Shown here: positions 9,515-18,082 of the stretch, piece after piece
How the letters are laid out: each line of letters starts with the position of its first letter
How positions within the stretch are numbered: the first letter of the stretch is position 1
Assembly: GCA_035486095.1 (NCBI GenBank)
Contig: DATHNM010000479.1
Coordinates: forward strand, 18,004-82,003
Source: Bryobacteraceae bacterium
GTDB lineage: Bacteria > Acidobacteriota > Terriglobia > Bryobacterales > Bryobacteraceae
DNA length: 64,000 bases
Direction: 5' to 3'
The notes under the pieces: model-generated
Database searches by the model: none
What the model saw: only the letters and a program-made list of their open reading frames with translations
Told to the model about the DNA's origin: nothing
Position numbers and translations under genes: made by a program

Positions 9515-9931
9515 CTAACGGTCCAGAACCACGTGTAAAAGAGGGCACAGTGCGCTGACGCGCGCCTTTGCGAGCGAAGCGTCGGCGCCCAGATGCGCGG
9601 AGACCGACAGATAGAGCCCGCCCTGTTCGGCTCCCGATACGGCCACGATTGGTATTTCGGGAAACAGCTGCTTCAGTTCACGCACCGCCTCGATGCCATC
9701 GCGGCCGGGCATCACCATATCCAGAATGACCGCATCCACGGGCTGGCTGCGCAATTGCAACATACACTGCTGCATATCCTCCGATTCAATGACCTCGAAT
9801 CCGGCAGGTTCCAGGATGGCGCGCGCCAGCACGCGAAAGTGCTGGTCGTCATCCACCACCAGCACTTTTCCGTGCAGACTTCGAATGGCGTCCGGATGCC
9901 GCAATGCTTTTTCAGAGACCTTTTGGGCCAT
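9515..9931 (-). CDS. Single-domain response regulator (REC)
   Basis: KVLVVDDDQHFRVLA...DAVILDMVMPGRDGIEAV...PIVAVSG. I prefer the ATG at 9931 (MAQKV...) or 9943 (MSPIMAQ...) over the 9515..10240 track ORF, whose N-terminal 100 aa look non-coding. The stop lies 3 nt before the kinase start, so the two are probably co-transcribed. Confidence 0.8.
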   Translation of the reverse strand: MAQKVSEKALRHPDAIRSLHGKVLVVDDDQHFRVLARAILEPAGFEVIESEDMQQCMLQLRSQPVDAVILDMVMPGRDGIEAVRELKQLFPEIPIVAVSGAEQGGLYLSVSAHLGADASLAKARVSALCPLLHVVLDR

Positions 9932-10171
9932 GATTGGGCTCATCGGCAAGGGGGAGTGAAGCTTGAGAACGCCGCCACAGCTCTTGTTCCCGGAAGTTGC
10001 GGCCGATAAGGCCTGCGTGTGGATAGACGTAAAACTTCTTAACTCGCGGCGTGGGGCGACTCGGACAGGCCGCTCCGGGTCCACGGCGGATTGCAGAGCC
10101 GTAACTATTGTGAGCGGAAAAACCCGTGGCCTTTTTCCACGAACCGCGGGATATTTACCGGGGAGGCAGCC

Positions 10172-11332
10172 GTGATCCTGGCCACAGTCTCCTCGGATCT
10201 GGATTTTCACAAGGACGTGCGGGCTTCCCTCGACGGTCACCTGCGGTTTGAAGCCACCTGGGATTTGAGTTATGAGGACGCCAACCGGCTACGAGCCATC
10301 GGCCCGGAGCAGCAGTGCATCCTGATTGTGGACTTCGCCGACCTGTCGCGCGCCATGCCGGTGGCGCGCGCGGTGGACGGGCGCCCGCAGATCGTAATTA
10401 TCGCGGTGAAAGGCGGAGGCAGCCGGGATGATCTTCTCCAGTTGATGCAAGCGGGGGTGCGTGAAGTGCTTCCCAATTTTACGGACCGCGAAATCCGGCA
10501 GGCGGCGGTGCGCGCCGCATCTACGTTGTCAACGGCCGGCGAGGTCCTGGCGGACTTGTATACCTTCATGCCGGCCAAACCGGGCTGCGGAGGGACCACC
10601 GTCGCCACCTATGCCACGGCCATGGCAGCGCAGTTGAGTACCGAACCCACCCTGCTGCTGGATTTCGATATCCGGTTAGGCGTCACGTCTTTCCTGCTGA
10701 AGGCCGAAGGCGCGCACACTATTGTGGACGCCCTGCTGCAGAGCGACCGTCTGGATTTGGACATCTGGTCGAGCCTGGTGTCTCAGATCAAGAACCTGCA
10801 TTTGCTGGGCTCCGGCCCGATGGATTTTTCGCGCCATGTTTCCACGGAGCGCTATATGGAATTGCTGGACTTCGCCATGCGCCGCTATTCGCTGGTAGCG
10901 GTGGACCTGCCGGGCACCATGGAGGATCAGGAATGCGAGACCCTGCTGCGCTCCAAGCGGATCTATCTGGTCTGCACGCCGGATATCGGGGCGCTGCACG
11001 TGGCGCGGCGCAAAGCCATCTGGCTGCAAGACCTTCGCCTGACGGACAAGATTTCAGTGGTGCTGAACTGCGTGGAGCGCAGGAACACGCTTTCGGTGGA
11101 TGATATCCAGCGCATTATTCAACTTCCGGTTCGCTATATGCTGCCGGCCAGTGCCAGCGAGATCTCGCGCGCGGCTCAGAAAGGAGCGGTGCTCGATTCC
11201 TCTTCGGGTCTTGGCAAGCAAGTCGCTCGTATCGCCGAAGAGATGGCGGCCACCAGGCAGTCCACCAAGAAACCCAGCGCGGTGCGGCGCTTCGTCGAAT
11301 ATTTCTCAATCAGCGCGGCGCGCGACGCATAG
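10172..11332 (+). CDS. CpaE/TadZ-like protein: REC-like N-domain plus ParA/MinD-like domain with a degenerate Walker A
   Basis: GTG at 10172 is preceded by GGGAGG (10161-10166). The N-terminal receiver-like fold reads ILIVDFADL...VIIAVKGGG...LLQLMQAGVREVLP. Then comes FMPAKPGCGGTTVATYATAMA at the position where MinD/ParA proteins have KGGVGKTT, followed by ...VAVDLPG...IYLVCTPD. Confidence 0.6.
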   Translation: MILATVSSDLDFHKDVRASLDGHLRFEATWDLSYEDANRLRAIGPEQQCILIVDFADLSRAMPVARAVDGRPQIVIIAVKGGGSRDDLLQLMQAGVREVLPNFTDREIRQAAVRAASTLSTAGEVLADLYTFMPAKPGCGGTTVATYATAMAAQLSTEPTLLLDFDIRLGVTSFLLKAEGAHTIVDALLQSDRLDLDIWSSLVSQIKNLHLLGSGPMDFSRHVSTERYMELLDFAMRRYSLVAVDLPGTMEDQECETLLRSKRIYLVCTPDIGALHVARRKAIWLQDLRLTDKISVVLNCVERRNTLSVDDIQRIIQLPVRYMLPASASEISRAAQKGAVLDSSSGLGKQVARIAEEMAATRQSTKKPSAVRRFVEYFSISAARDA

Positions 11333-11382
11333 AGCCGCCTCGGGATTAAACCAGAAACTCCGGATTTTCGTATGGAAACGAT

Positions 11383-12498
11383 ATGACGAACCAAACTATC
11401 CTTAGCCTTTTGAATTACATTTGCAACGAAGCCCGGAATTCCGTCCAAGCCAGCTTCGGCCTCATGGCGCTGTGTCCCACCCTGGCGCCCGACCCAGCCT
11501 GGCAGAACTGCATCGAGGGCAGCAAAGTCGGCGCGGACAGGCTGCTGCGGTGCATCGACGATATACGGGAGTTGCTGTCTAGCGAAGCACCGCTGCTCGA
11601 CCCCGCCGAAGAGTTCGATGTCACGTTGAGCCTGGGGGAAACGATCGAAGTGCTGAACCTGGCATCGGGCGACCGGGCCAGCCGTCTGGTGTTGAAATCG
11701 GCCACCCGGCCGATTATTGGGCGGCAGCGCCGGCGGGCTGTGGAGCAGGCGCTCATGCGTGTGCTGGACGCCGTCTCGAAGCTGGGCCGCAAGGGCGACG
11801 CGCTGGTCACCGCTCGGCCGTCCGACGATGGCGAGGGCATTCAGTTCGAGATCATTCCCGCCAACTCCAGCATCGCCTTGCGGGTGGCGGATTGGTTGAA
11901 TAGCGATGCCGATCACGTAAACTTCGAGGACTCTGACGAGGTGCTGTATGGCGTGGCGACTCTGGTGGCTGGCAAGCGCATCCGTGCGCTGGGGGGAACC
12001 GCTGAATTCGTCAGCGACGCCCGTGCGCCCATGTCGTTAGTGGTGACCCTTCCCTGGCAAGCCGACGTGCAGGCTGCCGGCCAGCCCGAACCATCCCGCC
12101 AGACGGATACGGGTCTCAATGTTCTGGTGGCTGAGGACTCCGATGAAAGCTTTGTGCTCACTGGAATCCTGCTGCAGAACGAAGCGGTGTGGCGTGCGCG
12201 GGATGGCCTGGAGGCGCTGGATATGATGAAGGCTCGCCGCTTCGATGTTGTGTTGATGGATATTCACATGCCCGGCCTGGACGGTTACAAAGCTATTCGC
12301 TCAATGCGGGATTGGGAAACCCTGACTGGCAATGCGAGAACGCCCATTGTGGTTCTGTCTTCCGACGATATCGATACGCAGATGCGCTCGGCGGCTCAAT
12401 CGGGTTGCTCCGGTTTCCTGCGCAAGCCGCTGGATCATCACGATCTCATCGATTTGATGGATCGGTTGAAGGCAGTGCGAACCGTATCGGCGGCCTGA
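11383..12498 (+). CDS. Histidine-kinase-like (degenerate, His-less) domain fused to an intact REC domain
   Basis: DHp-like LLNYICNEARNSVQASFG occupies the place of the xSHExRTPL H-box, with Asn codon 11425-11427 at the His position. The N-box is degenerate (LMRVLDAVSK). The REC domain is intact: NVLVAEDSDES...DVVLMDIHMPGLDGY...VVLSSDD...FLRKPL. Confidence 0.75.
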   Translation: MTNQTILSLLNYICNEARNSVQASFGLMALCPTLAPDPAWQNCIEGSKVGADRLLRCIDDIRELLSSEAPLLDPAEEFDVTLSLGETIEVLNLASGDRASRLVLKSATRPIIGRQRRRAVEQALMRVLDAVSKLGRKGDALVTARPSDDGEGIQFEIIPANSSIALRVADWLNSDADHVNFEDSDEVLYGVATLVAGKRIRALGGTAEFVSDARAPMSLVVTLPWQADVQAAGQPEPSRQTDTGLNVLVAEDSDESFVLTGILLQNEAVWRARDGLEALDMMKARRFDVVLMDIHMPGLDGYKAIRSMRDWETLTGNARTPIVVLSSDDIDTQMRSAAQSGCSGFLRKPLDHHDLIDLMDRLKAVRTVSAA

Positions 12499-12512
12499 GA
12501 CGCCGCGGCCCT

Positions 12513-14123
12513 CTAATGCCCGAGCGCGAACGTGAACAGCGCCGTGCCGGCCGACACCGCGATGTACTGCCGTCCGTTGAGAGCGTAACTCATGGGGCCG
12601 CTGTTGATCTGGCCGCCCAACGATACCTTCCATAGCAGTTTGCCGGTACGGTCATCCAACGCGTAGAAGTAGCCTTCGCGGCCGCCGCTGAACAACAAAT
12701 CGGACTCAGTGGTCAGCACGCCGGCCCAGGTGATGTCGTTCATCTTGAACTCCCACTTCACGTCTCCGGTCTTGGGATCGAAAGCACGTACCGCACCGTA
12801 ACCTTCCTCTTCCAACTTGGTGTTGGTCTGCAAAGTGGCCGCACCCATGGGAGTGTTGCCGGTGGCTTTGGGACGTCCACCTTCCACTGCGATGGTTCCC
12901 GAATTTTCCCAGAGCGGAATGTAGAACCAGCCGGTGCGCGGGCTGTAGGAAGGCGGATACCAATTGGTGCCGCCCAGAACAGTGGGCATGATGGTGCTGC
13001 CGGAGGGCGTGGGCACTTTACCCGGCACGCGCATGGGCCGGCCTTTTTCGTCGAACCCGCTCATCCAGTTCACCTTGGTGAACGGCTTGCCCATCAGGAA
13101 CTGCCCGGTGTTGCGATCCAGCACGTACATCAAACCGTTGCGATTGGCCCACAACATTACCTTGCGCGGCGCGCCTTTCCAATCGATATCCGCCAGCACG
13201 GGGACTTGGGTGGAATCGTAATCCAGTTCGTCGTGGGGCGTAAATTGATAAAACCATTTCAGCTTGCCCGTGTCGGCATCCAACGCGACCACCGAATCAC
13301 TGTAAAGATTGTCGCCGGCGCGCTGGCGCCCATCCCAATCCGGTGCGGGGTTTCCGGTGCCCCAAAACGTGAGATTGGTTTCCGGATCGTAGGAGCCGGT
13401 ATTCCAGATCGCCGCTCCGCCGTGTTTCCAGGAATCGCCGGCCCAGGTTTCATGACCGGGTTCGCCGGGCTGCGGGATGGTATGAAAGCGCCACACCTCT
13501 TTACCGGTGCGGACGTCGAACGCGGCCAGGATGCCGCCAATCCCGATGTCGCCGCCGGCGGTTCCAACGATGACCTTGTCCTTGACCACCAGCGGAGCGT
13601 GGGTGATGGAATAGAACTCATTGACGTCGGCTACGGTGGTGTTCCAAAGGGGCAGGCCGGTCTTGGCGTCCAGCGCGATCAGATGAGCGTCGATGGTTCC
13701 CATAAATAGTGTGTCGCCCAGAATAGCCAAGCCGCGATTCACGCGCCCGCAGCAGGTCCGCGACTTGGGCGACGGGTTGTACGCATACGTCCAGAAAATG
13801 CGCCCGGTGGCGGCGTCCAACGCGTATACGTCGTTGGGAGCCTGCACTGTGTACATTACGCCGTTCACCACCAGCGGAGTGGCTTCAAATTTTTCGAGCG
13901 ATCTGGCCTGAAACACCCACTGCAGCTCGAGTTTATTCGCATTCTCGGGGGTGATCTCGGTGAGCAGGCTATGCCGCTGGCCTAAGGTGGTTCCCGAGTA
14001 AGTGAGCCAGTTCTGCGGTTCGTTAGGAGCGTGCAGGATACGCTCGAACGAGACGGAGTTCGGGGTTTGTTGCGCCGGGAGCAAGCCCGCCGCGAGCAGA
14101 AGCAAAAACGCACATGTCTTCAT
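12513..14123 (-). CDS. PQQ-dependent alcohol/methanol-family dehydrogenase (type I quinoprotein) with a lanthanide-type D-Y-D motif
   Basis: Signal peptide, then NWLTYSGTTLGQRHSLL...LELQWVF. Vicinal Cys pair in TCCGRVNRG (13749-13754). PHDELDYDS with D-Y-D at 13215-13223. Eight-bladed W-motif pattern throughout. Confidence 0.9.
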   Translation of the reverse strand: MKTCAFLLLLAAGLLPAQQTPNSVSFERILHAPNEPQNWLTYSGTTLGQRHSLLTEITPENANKLELQWVFQARSLEKFEATPLVVNGVMYTVQAPNDVYALDAATGRIFWTYAYNPSPKSRTCCGRVNRGLAILGDTLFMGTIDAHLIALDAKTGLPLWNTTVADVNEFYSITHAPLVVKDKVIVGTAGGDIGIGGILAAFDVRTGKEVWRFHTIPQPGEPGHETWAGDSWKHGGAAIWNTGSYDPETNLTFWGTGNPAPDWDGRQRAGDNLYSDSVVALDADTGKLKWFYQFTPHDELDYDSTQVPVLADIDWKGAPRKVMLWANRNGLMYVLDRNTGQFLMGKPFTKVNWMSGFDEKGRPMRVPGKVPTPSGSTIMPTVLGGTNWYPPSYSPRTGWFYIPLWENSGTIAVEGGRPKATGNTPMGAATLQTNTKLEEEGYGAVRAFDPKTGDVKWEFKMNDITWAGVLTTESDLLFSGGREGYFYALDDRTGKLLWKVSLGGQINSGPMSYALNGRQYIAVSAGTALFTFALGH

Positions 14124-14136
14124 TTGTGATTGAACC

Positions 14137-16272
14137 TTAACGCTTGTCGGGCAGCGCGAACACGTACAATGCGTTGCCGTTTGACGGATGATGAATGTCG
14201 GGCGCGATCAGCCCCGGCACTTGCCGCGGACTGCCGCCGCCCAGGCCGGCGGGCACCGCGACGTACTGCTTGCCGTCCACGCTGAACGAAATCGGGAAGC
14301 CCTGTACTGACGTTCCCAGCCGCGTTTGCCACAGAATTTTGCCGGTGTTCACATCCACGGCTTTAAACTGGCGGTTCAGATCGCCGGCGAACACCACTCC
14401 GCCCGCCGTAGAGAGCGCGGAGGTGAGAAACGGCGCGCGTTGTTCGATGGACCATAGCTGCTTCATGGTGTTCACGTCGAACGCGGCCAGTTTGCCGATG
14501 TTGCCGTTGCTGCCGGGCATCTCATAGAAGCGCCGGCCCGCGCCGCCTCCGCTTCCACCGCCCTCTTTCAGATCAATCTTCTGCCCGTTCATCGACAGGC
14601 AGCTCTGGCTGAGCGGAATGATCAGACGATTGGCGCCGGGATTGTAACTCATGGCCTGCCAGTTGTGGCCGCCTTCGGTGCTGGGGCAGGAGTCGATCCA
14701 TTCACCGAGCTGCTGCTCGACGATATCGTTGCGGTAGTGAGGCTCGCCGGTTTTCGCATCGAACGAATCAAACACGTTTTGAAACACGGTCTCTTTGTGC
14801 CCGATGTATTTGCCGGTTTTGCGATCCAGCTTCCACAGGATGCCCGGCTTTCCGGCGGAGAAAACAAATTTCTGGCCGCCCGAATCCACCAGCACGCGTT
14901 CGAATACTTCGTCCAGGTCGAGCGATTCGCCGGGCGAGTGCTGGTAATACCAGGCCAGCTTGCCGGTGTCCACGTCCAGCGCCAGGGTGGAGCTGCTGTA
15001 GAGCGCCGCCCCTCCGCCGGATTGACGGCTCGCCCGCATCCACGGCTTGGCCTGCGCGGTGCCCCAGTAGGTAAGGTTCAGATCCGGATCGTAGCTGCCT
15101 GTGATCCAAGTCTCCCCGCCCGCGCGAAAAAGGTCTGGAAGCTTGCCCCAGGTGTCGCCGCCCGGCTCGCCATCGCGCGCGATGGTGTTGAAGCGCCAAA
15201 CCTGCTTGCCGGTGTTCGCGTCATAGGCGCTGATGAAACATTTCTCTTCACGATAGCGCTCGCAGCCGCCCAGACCTTGCAGCACTTTACCCTTGATCAC
15301 GATGGGACCGCTCGAGGTGGCGTAGTTGCCTTTCGAGCGGTCGCCAATTACGGTTTCCCACACCTTCTTGCCGTTGCGCGCGTCGAAGGCGATCAAGCGG
15401 GCATCGCTGGTGGAGACGTAAACCTTGTCCTGGTAAATGGCCATGCCGCGCATGGAACTGGCGTTGGCCAATCCGCCGTAGCGGTTCTCCCAGATCAGCT
15501 CGCCGGTGCGCGCGTCCAGCGCCTGCAGGGTGCTGCTGGGATTATTCAGATAAAGAACGCCGTTATGCACGATGGGCGCGGCCTGGTTATTTCCCGCGTC
15601 GCTCATCGACCACACCCATTGGAGCTGCAGCTCATGCACGTTGTCACGCGTAATCTGGTTGAGCGCGCTGTAATCCCAGGCTTGATAATTGCCGCGAATC
15701 ATCAGCCAATCGGCCGGATCGGGATGGCGTAGCATGGCGTCGGTGACAGGCTGATAATTCTTCACCTCGCCCTCCACCGTGAGGCCGGTGGCTTTCAGCG
15801 GCTCCAGTCGAGCGCTGGCCGGCGGGGCCTCTTCGGGGGGAGGATGGCGAACTTCATCCGGCACCTCCCCGCTGGCCACCGAACGAATTTGTACTTTCGC
15901 GCCGGCGGTTAAGGGCTGATTGCCCGGATGCGCGCCGTTTGCATTCAGAATAAAGGCCGCGATGCTGACGTACGCATCTTCACCCAATCCATGAGGATTG
16001 TTGGGCGGCATGGTGGATTGCATGAAAGCCACCAGTTCGCTGGTGTTCCGGTCACCCCATTGGCCCATAAAATTAGAACCGGCTAGTTGCGGCGCTTCAT
16101 TGCGGCCGCCCAGATCGGCCACGTGACAGATAGCGCAGTTGGATTGATAGATGGTGCGGCCCGAAGCCGCCTGTTGGGCGGTGTACGGCCCAGCGGCGCG
16201 TTCCTGAGCGACGGCTATCGCAAAACAGGCCAAGCCGGTCAATGCCGCCGTGAGTTTCCTGAGTCTGAACAC
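14137..16272 (-). CDS. Quinohemoprotein: N-terminal c-type cytochrome domain plus PQQ beta-propeller dehydrogenase
   Basis: Heme motif CAICH (16123-16137) inside [31 protein letters not shown]. The propeller part begins [21 protein letters not shown]...LQLQWVW. I place the start at GTG 16272, 7 nt after AGGAGG (complement of 16280-16285). The track start at 16305 would overlap the upstream gene. Confidence 0.85.
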   Translation of the reverse strand: MFRLRKLTAALTGLACFAIAVAQERAAGPYTAQQAASGRTIYQSNCAICHVADLGGRNEAPQLAGSNFMGQWGDRNTSELVAFMQSTMPPNNPHGLGEDAYVSIAAFILNANGAHPGNQPLTAGAKVQIRSVASGEVPDEVRHPPPEEAPPASARLEPLKATGLTVEGEVKNYQPVTDAMLRHPDPADWLMIRGNYQAWDYSALNQITRDNVHELQLQWVWSMSDAGNNQAAPIVHNGVLYLNNPSSTLQALDARTGELIWENRYGGLANASSMRGMAIYQDKVYVSTSDARLIAFDARNGKKVWETVIGDRSKGNYATSSGPIVIKGKVLQGLGGCERYREEKCFISAYDANTGKQVWRFNTIARDGEPGGDTWGKLPDLFRAGGETWITGSYDPDLNLTYWGTAQAKPWMRASRQSGGGAALYSSSTLALDVDTGKLAWYYQHSPGESLDLDEVFERVLVDSGGQKFVFSAGKPGILWKLDRKTGKYIGHKETVFQNVFDSFDAKTGEPHYRNDIVEQQLGEWIDSCPSTEGGHNWQAMSYNPGANRLIIPLSQSCLSMNGQKIDLKEGGGSGGGAGRRFYEMPGSNGNIGKLAAFDVNTMKQLWSIEQRAPFLTSALSTAGGVVFAGDLNRQFKAVDVNTGKILWQTRLGTSVQGFPISFSVDGKQYVAVPAGLGGGSPRQVPGLIAPDIHHPSNGNALYVFALPDKR

Positions 16273-16283
16273 GCGTGCCCCTC

Positions 16284-16712
16284 CTAGCGCAAGAACCAGC
16301 CCCACAGGTTACCATCCGGGGCCCTTTCGCTATCAATTTGAATATAGAGCTTACCTTTTTTCAGGCTCTCGATTTGTTGCGGCGTCAGATCGAGCGAGGC
16401 GCTCAGCATACCGCTGGTGGCGTGGGCCACCTTAATATCGAGAATGGCAGGGCCATGTACGCCGGTGACCGGCCCCTGGTGTACCTTGGCGTCCACGGCG
16501 GCCGAAGGCAATCCTTCGAACGTTCCCGTGATAGAAAGCTTGCTGCCGGAAAGAGTGGCGGTGGCCGCGCCGATGCCCGCAATGTCGGCACGAGTTTTCG
16601 CTTCCACGGGCACCGGCGACAAACGTACTTTGTATGTTTCAGGCGCCTGTGCGGCCAGCGACAGGGCGAATCCAATGGACATGACGAGGCGAACTGGTGA
16701 CATAAGCTTCAA
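16284..16712 (-). CDS. Small periplasmic protein, CHRD-domain-like
   Basis: Signal peptide [23 protein letters not shown]. The pattern ...[44 protein letters not shown]...GKLYIQIDS resembles the CHRD 'aHIHxGxxGxxGpv' pattern. The assignment is from memory of the family. Confidence 0.5.
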   Translation of the reverse strand: MKLMSPVRLVMSIGFALSLAAQAPETYKVRLSPVPVEAKTRADIAGIGAATATLSGSKLSITGTFEGLPSAAVDAKVHQGPVTGVHGPAILDIKVAHATSGMLSASLDLTPQQIESLKKGKLYIQIDSERAPDGNLWGWFLR

Positions 16713-17201
16713 TTATTGCTTGGGAACTATTTTCACAATCGTGGCTGAGAATTCCTTGCCGGGTTCGACTAAAAACTGATGGGGCATGTTGGCGGGAATA
16801 TAGATGTTGTCGCCAGTCTTGAGAGGATACCTGGTTCCACCCTCGATCGACTTGCCGCGCAGTTCATCGGGTCCGCTGGCTTTTCCGTCGACGATGCTGC
16901 CGCCCGCCAAGACCGTACCTTCGCCGGCTTCAACCACAATGAAATCCGCTTCCTTGGTATGTACCTCAGCCTCCGACGGTCCTATGCGATGAACCATGAT
17001 TGCGGAGTCCATCAATCGCTCCACGCCGACATGCGTCTGGGGGTTGACGTTGGCCGCCAGCTTCTGATCGATGCTTTTGATTTGGGCCGTGTTCCAAAGA
17101 ACAACCCCATTTGGATTCGCCGCCCAGAGCGAGGAAGTGCATGCCAGGACCAGGAACGACATTGTTCTCATGATGGGCCAGTATACTACCGTAAGCCGCA
17201 T
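16713..17201 (-). CDS. Secreted cupin-domain protein
   Basis: Signal peptide (MRTMSFLVLACTSSLWA). Beta-rich, with HTKEADFIVVEAGEGTVLAGG and GDNIYIPANMPHQFLVEPG, as in cupin motifs. There is no gap to the downstream CHRD-like gene. Confidence 0.7.
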   Translation of the reverse strand: MRLTVVYWPIMRTMSFLVLACTSSLWAANPNGVVLWNTAQIKSIDQKLAANVNPQTHVGVERLMDSAIMVHRIGPSEAEVHTKEADFIVVEAGEGTVLAGGSIVDGKASGPDELRGKSIEGGTRYPLKTGDNIYIPANMPHQFLVEPGKEFSATIVKIVPKQ

Positions 17202-17272
17202 GATTGCGCCAATCCTAGCGGGTGGTCACTGCGATATTCTATTACTGGACATCGGGCAATCAGGAGGCAAGC

Positions 17273-18079
17273 ATGGAAATCGACCGGCGGTTATTTATCG
17301 CGGGACTCGGTGGTGCGGCGGCGGTTGCCGCCATGGCCGACGAGGCTAAGGCCGAGGCTCTGGAGCATCACATGATGCTGCAGCTGAATGTTGCAAATCA
17401 GGCGGCGAAGTTTCCCACTGCCGCTGAAGTCCAGGCGCAGATTGAGACGCAGCCCTCCCGCCGCGGTACGGGGAATTTGTTTGTCTCCCATACCGGCAAT
17501 GTGAAAAGGCTGCCGCCATTGCCGGAGCAGCCCACACTGGTGGATTACTACAAACTGCGATTCATGGCCACTTCCAATCACTGCCTGCAAAGCGCCAATC
17601 GCGCCGTGCAGAATGGCATGTCGGAGGAAATCGTGCTGGCCTGCCTGCTCCACGATACGGTGCAGGATCTGATCAAGGTGGATCACGGCTGGTGGGGCGC
17701 GCAGATGTATGAGCCGTATGTTTCGGAGAAGGTCACGTTCGCCATCCGCTATCATCAGGCGCTGCGTTTCTACGAAGACAAGGAACACGGCTACGAATAT
17801 CCCGATCTGTACCGGCGCATGTTCGGTTCCGATTACAAGCCTGAGCCATACATCGAAGAGACCTACAAGATGGTTCGCAATCACAAGTGGTATCTGGAAC
17901 CCCGCATGGTGACGGTGAACGACCTGTATGCCTTCGATCCGAAGGTGAACCCGACGCTGGATCAGTTTGTCGACATCATCGGGCGTAATTTCAAGCAACC
18001 CAAGGAAGGGCTGGGATTCGATAACAGCCCGGTGGCGCATATGTGGCGCAGCATCTCGCGTCCGGACTCGCCGCTGTAG
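17273..18079 (+). CDS. Tat-signal HD-domain metalloprotein (MIOX/PhnZ-like HD superfamily)
   Basis: ATG 17273 is preceded by AGGAGG (17263-17268). Twin-arginine leader MEIDRRLFIAGLGGAAAVAAMADEAKA. HD signature ...EEIVLACLLHDTVQDL... with downstream His/Asp-rich helices (IRYHQALRF). Confidence 0.6.
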   Translation: MEIDRRLFIAGLGGAAAVAAMADEAKAEALEHHMMLQLNVANQAAKFPTAAEVQAQIETQPSRRGTGNLFVSHTGNVKRLPPLPEQPTLVDYYKLRFMATSNHCLQSANRAVQNGMSEEIVLACLLHDTVQDLIKVDHGWWGAQMYEPYVSEKVTFAIRYHQALRFYEDKEHGYEYPDLYRRMFGSDYKPEPYIEETYKMVRNHKWYLEPRMVTVNDLYAFDPKVNPTLDQFVDIIGRNFKQPKEGLGFDNSPVAHMWRSISRPDSPL

Positions 18080-18082
18080 GAA

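Noticed and set aside
10091-10171. Upstream extension of the CpaE-like ORF. Similar 5' extensions occur at 9932..10240, 16273..16305, 49758..50186, 51073..51303 and 38453..38482.
   Set aside because: The extensions overlap neighbouring genes or lack coding character. In each case an internal ATG/GTG/TTG with a Shine-Dalgarno-like AGGAGG/GGGAGG/AGGAGA, or agreement with a paralog's N-terminus, supports the shorter model.
14665-15732. 355-aa plus-strand ORF. Similar long antisense ORFs are at 21901..22827, 58667..59632, 24843..25829, 11176..11916, 17291..18040 and 41061..41864.
   Set aside because: All lie antisense to ORFs with strong family signatures (PQQ propellers, type-D family, astacin protein, CpaE-like/kinase-like genes, HD protein, fusion protein). 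All have the biased composition typical of non-coding frames in GC-rich DNA.
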